Shown here piece after piece: positions 59,501-64,000 of a stretch of DNA of 64,000 bases. Every line of letters begins with the position of its first letter. The stretch's first letter is position 1. A program made the position numbers and the translations under genes. Source of the stretch: a virus (lineage: Duplodnaviria > Caudoviricetes). The notes below the pieces were generated by a model. The model had not been told where the DNA came from. It worked only from the letters and a program-made list of their open reading frames with translations, and searched no databases. The DNA is taken from positions 1-64,000 of IMG/VR virus record IMGVR_UViG_3300014204_000134; one strand, written 5' to 3'.

Positions 59501-62500
59501 ATTTCTAAGTTTTGTTAAATCATCTGCATATTTAATATCAAATTTAATTCTTTCAAGTTCTTCGATATCACTCATCATATCTTGAATTTTTGATTTTAAA
59601 TCATCTATTTTACGTTGAAATGCTTCTAGTTCATTAGCTGGTTCACCTGCTAATGCATTTTGAACCCAACCATATTTAGATTCCATCATATCGTTAAATT
59701 GATTATCTAATTGCATATTTTTTATTTGATCTGCGAAGGCTTTCATTTTTTGTTGATATGAATCAAGCATTGATTGAACTGATGACTCTTGCTCTAGCAT
59801 TTTTTGATTAAATCCTATATTATTTAATAAATCTTTTGCTTGTGCAGCAGTTAAACCAAATTCAATAATCTTTTTACGTGCTTCCTCAATTTGCGCCTGT
59901 AATTCTTTATATTTCTCAGAACCAACTTCTAATGTACTTAATTTCTTTTCGTCTTCAATCATTTGCAATTTAAGATATTCTATTTCACGATATTTTTTAT
60001 ATTTTTCTATTAAAGCATTGTTCTCTTCTTGTAAAAGAGAAATATTTAATTCAGCTTTAGCACGTTCGTTTTCATAATCAGAATTAAATGAATTAGTACC
60101 AGTATAGGTACTTTTAATTATTCTATCTGTATCAATATCATATATACTTTTTTTATAATTATCATTCATTTCTGTAATTAAGTTTGCTATACTTTTAATC
60201 TTTTCTGTATATACATCTAAAAAATCAGTTTCTTTCCATAAATCTTTAAATATTTTAGTTTCTTCATTTAAATTTTGCTGGTCTAATTTATTATCTTTTA
60301 ATTTTTGAGCAATATTATCCATTGCTTCAGCAACATAAAATAAATCTTCTTTTTCCTGACTTGTAATATTACCAGCAGATTCTTTTGATTTTAATTCTTC
60401 ATATATTTTTTTCTTTTGAAGATATGAATTCCATAATTCAGTTTCTTTTGCTTGTAATTCAGGTAATGCTTTTAGATTTTCAAAATATGCATTTTTTAAA
60501 TTGTTAATCTGAGATACATCAAATTCCAAGTTTTTAACAAAATTATTCATAGGAGACATAAATGCATTTTCATTAATTAGTAATGGTTTAATATTCTTAT
60601 TCATATCAATTTCTGCTAATGATTCTCTAAACTTTTTACCAATATTATCTAATGAATCAGATAATTTTTGTATGTTTTCTCCCATATCAGCTAAAACTTG
60701 AAATCGTTGAGTTTTTAATAATTGTTCTTGTTGTAACTCACCTAGACTTGCTTGCTCTTGTTCGAGTTTTCTAATATAATCAAGAATATCTGAGTAAGAA
60801 TCTAAATATCGTTCATTATTTTGAATATTAGTCTCAATTGCTTGATTTCTTGCTTCAATTGCTTCAATATGCCAATCTTCATTCCCTAAAGGTTTATTTA
60901 AACCAAATTTTTGCAATTCTGAATTAGTTGTTCCTGTTGCCCAACCTGCTACATCTGCTGCATTACCATAATTATGTTGACTATTACCAGGGGGAGCAAC
61001 CCACTTTCTTGCTTCTGCTTCACTACCATATTTTGCTAATGCTTCTTCCCAAAGTTGTGCTTGTTCTTCAACCGATCTAAAACCAGAATTAATTTCAAGT
61101 ATTTCATTTTTATATTTTGCTAATGATGCAAGTCTTTTTGCTAATACAGAATCTAATTGTTGCCAATCACCAGACAACCATTCAGAAGGATTAGCATTAC
61201 CTTCCATGTAACTAGACGATAATCCAGCAGAAGAAGAACCTTTAGGTGGATTATTTTGTATATTATGTAGTTTAGCTGTCCAATCAATTATCTGCTTTGT
61301 ATATTCACTATTCATGTCAAAGTATTTATTTAAGGCATCTGTTTCTATTTTTAGACGTTCTCTAAGAATATCCATACCTTCGATAATGCCGAAATCAACT
61401 TTTTTGTTGAATAGTGCAAGAGATTCTACATATTCTTGATTGAATTTTTCTAATGGTGTTTGTACTTTTTCTAGTGATTCTTGGAGAGAAGAGTAGGATT
61501 TGGAAGCTGAATCGGATTCGTTTAGATTAAGACCAAAATTACCTGAACCTACCATATTAGCAAGTTCATTTGCCTTATTCATAAGAGAACCGTAATTACC
61601 TAGTTGTTTTTGTACTTTTGCTAATCCTCTCTGATATTCAGCAGAATTATAAGTTTCAGGAGATACTTCGGTATCGGACATATATTTATAATGAGCAAAA
61701 GTTTCATATGCATCTTGCAAGTTTTGAATACCTTCTATTTCAAGACCGAAGTTTAATAAACGTGCTTTTGTTTCAGCACTTACAATATTGCTTTTTGCTA
61801 TTTGAGATTGAATAGCTGTTTGTGCTTCTGTTACCCTTGCCTGTTTTAATATTTCAAGTGCTTCAACACTAATTGACATTTCTCCATTTTCAATATTTAT
61901 TGCTTGCAAAAGAGTAGGATATTGAGCTACTAATTTTACTATTTGTTCTGTATTTATTTTTTTACCTTCTGCTAAATCACGTAATAGCTGATTATATTCT
62001 ATTATTTCAGAAGAAGATTCTTTGAATGTATCAATTAATCCTTTACTTGCTGTAGCAAAATCAGTAGTTTGAGTAGATAATTTTTTGACAGGCATTTTTA
62101 GAAAATTATCTCTAATTGCTTTCATTATTTTTTCATCAGTTATCCCTGCATTTTTTAATGATTCATTAAATTGATCTACTGCTACAGCCTGTTGTTGCCA
62201 TAAATTTTGATATGCTAAGTCACCAGATTGATATTTTTTAATTTGTTCCTGAAAAGTCTTTCCAATATCTACTGATCCACTTTCAACAAAACTATCAAAA
62301 ATACCTTTTAACTTTTCGGTAGTTATACCTTCCATATTACCAATCTCTTTAGTTACATTTTTTATTAATAAAAGTAATCCAGAATTATCTAAGTTTTTAA
62401 ATTTTTGATCTCCTTGATAAGTCGCCAATAAACCAGATTCAATTTCTTGGAAAGAAGTAGCAGACTCCGCTTTTAATTTTTCTATTAATTTTATATTTGT

Positions 62501-64000
62501 CTCAATTTGCATATTTGTATCTGTTTTTTCTCTACTGGTAAGATTAGGATTATTTAATTTATTTTGTAATTCACGTATTGATTTTTCATATTCAGCTACT
62601 TTTTCCTGATTATCTATTAATGTTTTAAGATCTTTATCACCTTGACTATTAAAATTAGTTTGCATTTTTTGTTTATTTAATTGTAATTCTTGTTCTTTTT
62701 GTTCATTATATTGTTTTAGCAACTCCGTATTGAAACTTGTAGCCTTCCCCTCTAAATCTAACCCACTAACTGCTCCAGGATAAAGAGTTGCTAATCGATC
62801 CATTGTACTTGCTAATTTATCTTTTTGTTCTGTAGTAAGGGCAGTAGCAGAAGATAATTGTTCATAAGTTGATATTAATTTAGATGATTCATTTACTTCT
62901 GAAGAAAGATTTGCAACATCATTTTTTAATTGATTAAAATACTCTTGTTGCTTTTGTTTAGCATTAATAAAACCATCAATTAATTTCATTACCCAACCAA
63001 AAGCTAAAGAAAATGCCACAGAAAGACCAAGAGTGAGGGCGCTCTGAAGGGCGATCGTGGCGATCTTTGCACCAATTGCACCTATTTCAAGTGCTTTTAA
63101 AGCAGCAACTAAACTAAAAACTCCACCTTTTGCTAATGAGGCTGCATTACCCAAAGCAATAATTGGATGTGCTACAATTTTACCTATTGCTAATCTTATA
63201 TTATTTGCCCCATCAAAAACTTTAGCCATTGTTGGTGCAATTCTATTCATTGCTGCATCAATTTTGCTTGCAGTATTAGCAAAATTGATGTCAAAAGCAG
63301 GAATAAGAGGAGATGACTTACCCGATTGATATGCTTGTTTTATTTTATTTTGTGATGCAATTATTTTATCTAATACTGGTATAACTGCATTTAATCCTCC
63401 AATTGAAAAAGTTGAAGCTAAACCTAATTTATTTAATTGCTGTAATGTATAAAACCTACCAATTATACCGTCAAGTTTTGTACTAAATAAAGCTACCGCA
63501 ACAGTCGCAGTAGTTATTAGCGCAGGAATACCACCAACAATAGAAGCAAATTTAGTAAATCCAGTTGTTGCTGAAGTTGCAACATCTACAATACCTTTTA
63601 AAGTACCCGTACTTGATAATGTACTATACAATCCTTCAAGAGAGGATTTAAACATATTAAGATGCGCACGTAATGATTCCATATATATATCCTGTTTACT
63701 TTGGGCCACACCAAGACTATTAGTTGCCTGTTCAGTATTTGATAAAATATTGGAATAATTTTCCATTGTAGCAATAAAAATATTTTTTTGTCTGACTCCG
63801 GCACTATCTAATGCAATTTGATTTTTTTGTACAGAATTTAGGGAATTCCATTTATTACCAAGAGAATCAAGTATTTCTCCTAGTGGTTTTATTTGTGTTG
63901 CTGAAGATTTTATACTAATACCTATATCATAAAAACTTTTCTCGATTTTTTTAAATTGTTCCGGGTCGGACTCGTCGCCAACATTAGTAATTCTAGAAAA
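53525..64000 (-). CDS. tape measure protein with internal M15 peptidase domain (5' end outside window)
   Basis: Frame open to 64000 (FSRI...DIGISIK...LGEILDSLGNKW...AGVRQKN TMP core); long coiled coils; INSGFRS...SQHNYGNAADV...EDWHIE. Confidence 0.9.
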   Translation of the reverse strand, partial: FSRITNVGDESDPEQFKKIEKSFYDIGISIKSSATQIKPLGEILDSLGNKWNSLNSVQKNQIALDSAGVRQKNIFIATMENYSNILSNTEQATNSLGVAQSKQDIYMESLRAHLNMFKSSLEGLYSTLSSTGTLKGIVDVATSATTGFTKFASIVGGIPALITTATVAVALFSTKLDGIIGRFYTLQQLNKLGLASTFSIGGLNAVIPVLDKIIASQNKIKQAYQSGKSSPLIPAFDINFANTASKIDAAMNRIAPTMAKVFDGANNIRLAIGKIVAHPIIALGNAASLAKGGVFSLVAALKALEIGAIGAKIATIALQSALTLGLSVAFSLAFGWVMKLIDGFINAKQKQQEYFNQLKNDVANLSSEVNESSKLISTYEQLSSATALTTEQKDKLASTMDRLATLYPGAVSGLDLEGKATSFNTELLKQYNEQKEQELQLNKQKMQTNFNSQGDKDLKTLIDNQEKVAEYEKSIRELQNKLNNPNLTSREKTDTNMQIETNIKLIEKLKAESATSFQEIESGLLATYQGDQKFKNLDNSGLLLLIKNVTKEIGNMEGITTEKLKGIFDSFVESGSVDIGKTFQEQIKKYQSGDLAYQNLWQQQAVAVDQFNESLKNAGITDEKIMKAIRDNFLKMPVKKLSTQTTDFATASKGLIDTFKESSSEIIEYNQLLRDLAEGKKINTEQIVKLVAQYPTLLQAINIENGEMSISVEALEILKQARVTEAQTAIQSQIAKSNIVSAETKARLLNFGLEIEGIQNLQDAYETFAHYKYMSDTEVSPETYNSAEYQRGLAKVQKQLGNYGSLMNKANELANMVGSGNFGLNLNESDSASKSYSSLQESLEKVQTPLEKFNQEYVESLALFNKKVDFGIIEGMDILRERLKIETDALNKYFDMNSEYTKQIIDWTAKLHNIQNNPPKGSSSAGLSSSYMEGNANPSEWLSGDWQQLDSVLAKRLASLAKYKNEILEINSGFRSVEEQAQLWEEALAKYGSEAEARKWVAPPGNSQHNYGNAADVAGWATGTTNSELQKFGLNKPLGNEDWHIEAIEARNQAIETNIQNNERYLDSYSDILDYIRKLEQEQASLGELQQEQLLKTQRFQVLADMGENIQKLSDSLDNIGKKFRESLAEIDMNKNIKPLLINENAFMSPMNNFVKNLEFDVSQINNLKNAYFENLKALPELQAKETELWNSYLQKKKIYEELKSKESAGNITSQEKEDLFYVAEAMDNIAQKLKDNKLDQQNLNEETKIFKDLWKETDFLDVYTEKIKSIANLITEMNDNYKKSIYDIDTDRIIKSTYTGTNSFNSDYENERAKAELNISLLQEENNALIEKYKKYREIEYLKLQMIEDEKKLSTLEVGSEKYKELQAQIEEARKKIIEFGLTAAQAKDLLNNIGFNQKMLEQESSVQSMLDSYQQKMKAFADQIKNMQLDNQFNDMMESKYGWVQNALAGEPANELEAFQRKIDDLKSKIQDMMSDIEELERIKFDIKYADDLTKLRNAIADLPSEVQADMNSAISAMSKEGYSQQQIVAKITAMLGDYNNELTQSVQKLKEMNEQYKKLEIGQNISDIGDEIISALDKLELNKMFNFNLFGTPEDIANQILSAAQERMSEYMKVKKGLEEYLGDKGTKFFDLIGKSLSGTLTDQEKIDFEKLKLDPEIIAVLKQYGLTIEDVIRDSNSLLLAFKNYELIKKAANAVSEFNNRIEETKEKLKTLKFDSIFDSMFNEKYKDFLSAFEDEDATAVDKIDALIQKTKDKFSELLDVAKELERLKFDFKMGNVKESFDKYRKDLEDQIKAIKDNITSYFTSNELTEDIMQYSELWTTSLTDLYKKATFIDDNGNMSKIGQLFDKWRTGTLTDKEWETVDAVRKAWAQWGEEDYWAMAQEYIEGYGTKIDELRQKITAIPELAPYISRLTEPLNKFNELLWTGSIDEIDAAAANLKTELTSIITEISQQRILTPEALIQLENLQKAIDALDAGNFADAMAAIDAALGGINGNLADLLKNITRLNEIKKYAQLIQDQFNEAKSKVESLKNELDSLYESINQRKEDKAFEAMFKAKYQAYFDAVEKLQEDTSKNIQNLLDQGKYGEAANVVGDNLKQLLDEQANRVSELLDELKQTEKDILEESRIQNEMMAAQAIVDSTQTILDSLGLTIENISATIEEAIAAGGSELADLLGTTISNSGEDAATDMKNAIIDAGNSVSSGFVIAGASVGKTLNTSIVSAGEAIAKLLGSIISETPTTPTTPTEPTTPTEPPDTTDPINTKPTDNPTDLTKPTGTEITLADFIEFLKSYENKILSGSDLDKILEQISKATKEDRAAIISEFVKLIEKNAQSQQEYIDANYDPTKITSLTDLYAKLADLNAKVIQYTNLKSSIETDLKEKYGDDIISKITSGWDNLDESIKSDPLVKLYNSTVNFLKLLEEQEKKLEAKKSEYGSGSPTADTTGENTETEADLAHQIEVANAIKKVFNDMALPAVNIISLFSDGLDSIKDKIETSKIDEEFEKQFENAYGSFINMFEDVPSDLLGFLQSDLEKTKTKIDDLVSQVKELERMKFDFNQLAGDLNDGNIQTLLDYRDQMIAQIAEWAGKDDYKDASAQLQSIVDIINQAIKDGKLAPELLETINGLIAGTTTDLTAAANAASALNDILKLYNLKSLEELNTLLSNIGDNFKQSLESIDFEKYIFKNVGYLKNKNLEPFEQLLESFRTGLSSLDSMYNASIQKIQDSRTALNQITQQINGLSRLISTLEAKEANGTITEAEIEILKRARKEYQYLLGSVEDLNRGLAQTTEQAQLFASVFADIDSAIKKLEDLTSTVEGFKDTLISMDFNEQFGSYFDELYNKYNHLYDDIPTDPLELQQYNIQQRIDEEKSKIDELLNKQKSLEEMKFKINTGDVQEGLAEYKTKLEQDLKDLENAKYETAFASPLKNFIEQYFGMGTETTTETTTTLAAPLQEYINNSLRSINLDTITKENVGSLRNSFASIITSMATELNDPNKYVGFENAKSYMIEQLGEVKLAWEDFISDSADYTSFEQMTTEFNNQVGSLLDSVATYSSAIQDIAETVETGTKDYLTFDFDSISAIIGELTNTDNFEGFENVKEDLITNFNIIKDLYNENKDIYKMEDGFFTDTSEEAEGVRAQIGGILQDIQNYISNISDTQILNDSVVGQIATTEGLIDGINQGYIDLDAILTEINSKITSINVDLAQTPITAEDLREQLEEINKQIEIAEKLKGVFSDIFSFDNLFTESLDEFGNKIYTVTGQVSKILKESSEVADEVFNKLKEQMSQTMVDLITNQQSMWDDIFSDSGFANLSGTLTDAFGDVQERWAGTLSEMGEDAFSFFSGTEFGDAIETGIAQFGDFGGILGQLIESSLNSIPMVVTNVLEKLPVIMAQLQSGLSTSLSNSIINSLNSVTQTLGSILHVNIAELENITPTVTSRIENTVYESSMPANYYMSYSVNAGNIIANEMAMKDLATIIFGYWKDMEENRW

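Noticed and set aside
53643-63329. + strand ORFs inside the tape measure gene (e.g. 57159..57566) and short - strand ORFs in 1-37 kb
   Set aside because: They are antisense shadows of real genes, with no SD or recognisable motifs.
1-64000. tRNA or rRNA genes, IS transposases
   Set aside because: No cloverleaf, rRNA-like or transposase sequence was recognised by eye; tRNAscan was not run.

Overview
The window is a very AT-rich segment of a large, probably temperate siphophage or prophage of a low-GC Firmicute, with SPbeta-like gene content. The + strand (1-43 kb) carries about 90 mostly small accessory ORFs around a replication and nucleotide core: DnaB-like helicase, primase, RecJ, class II ribonucleotide reductase, dUTPase, ThyX-like protein, DnaE and RuvC-like resolvase. 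It also carries DNA-modification genes, a peptide deformylase, a GGQ release-factor-like gene missed by the ORF track, HNH endonucleases and a large serine integrase. The - strand (43-64 kb) carries lysis and tail genes and a tape measure protein of more than 3490 aa that runs off the window. Four patterns are not explained by the gene list. (1) About 37 copies of a palindromic site, ATAAAA-N6-TTTTAT with two conserved outer-arm types, sit at boundaries of the small accessory genes and are missing from the core, like a recombinase-site-bounded gene-cassette array. (2) At least 16 genes, including RecJ, NrdJ, Mom, the GGQ protein and the amidase endolysin, appear to start at ATA, ATT or ATC. 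(3) Four NrdR-box-like pairs with an exact 31-bp period each abut one of the cassette sites. (4) A covarying hairpin/terminator/anti-SD RNA leader precedes two endonuclease genes inserted in the late operon. All calls are by eye from motifs; no database searches were run.
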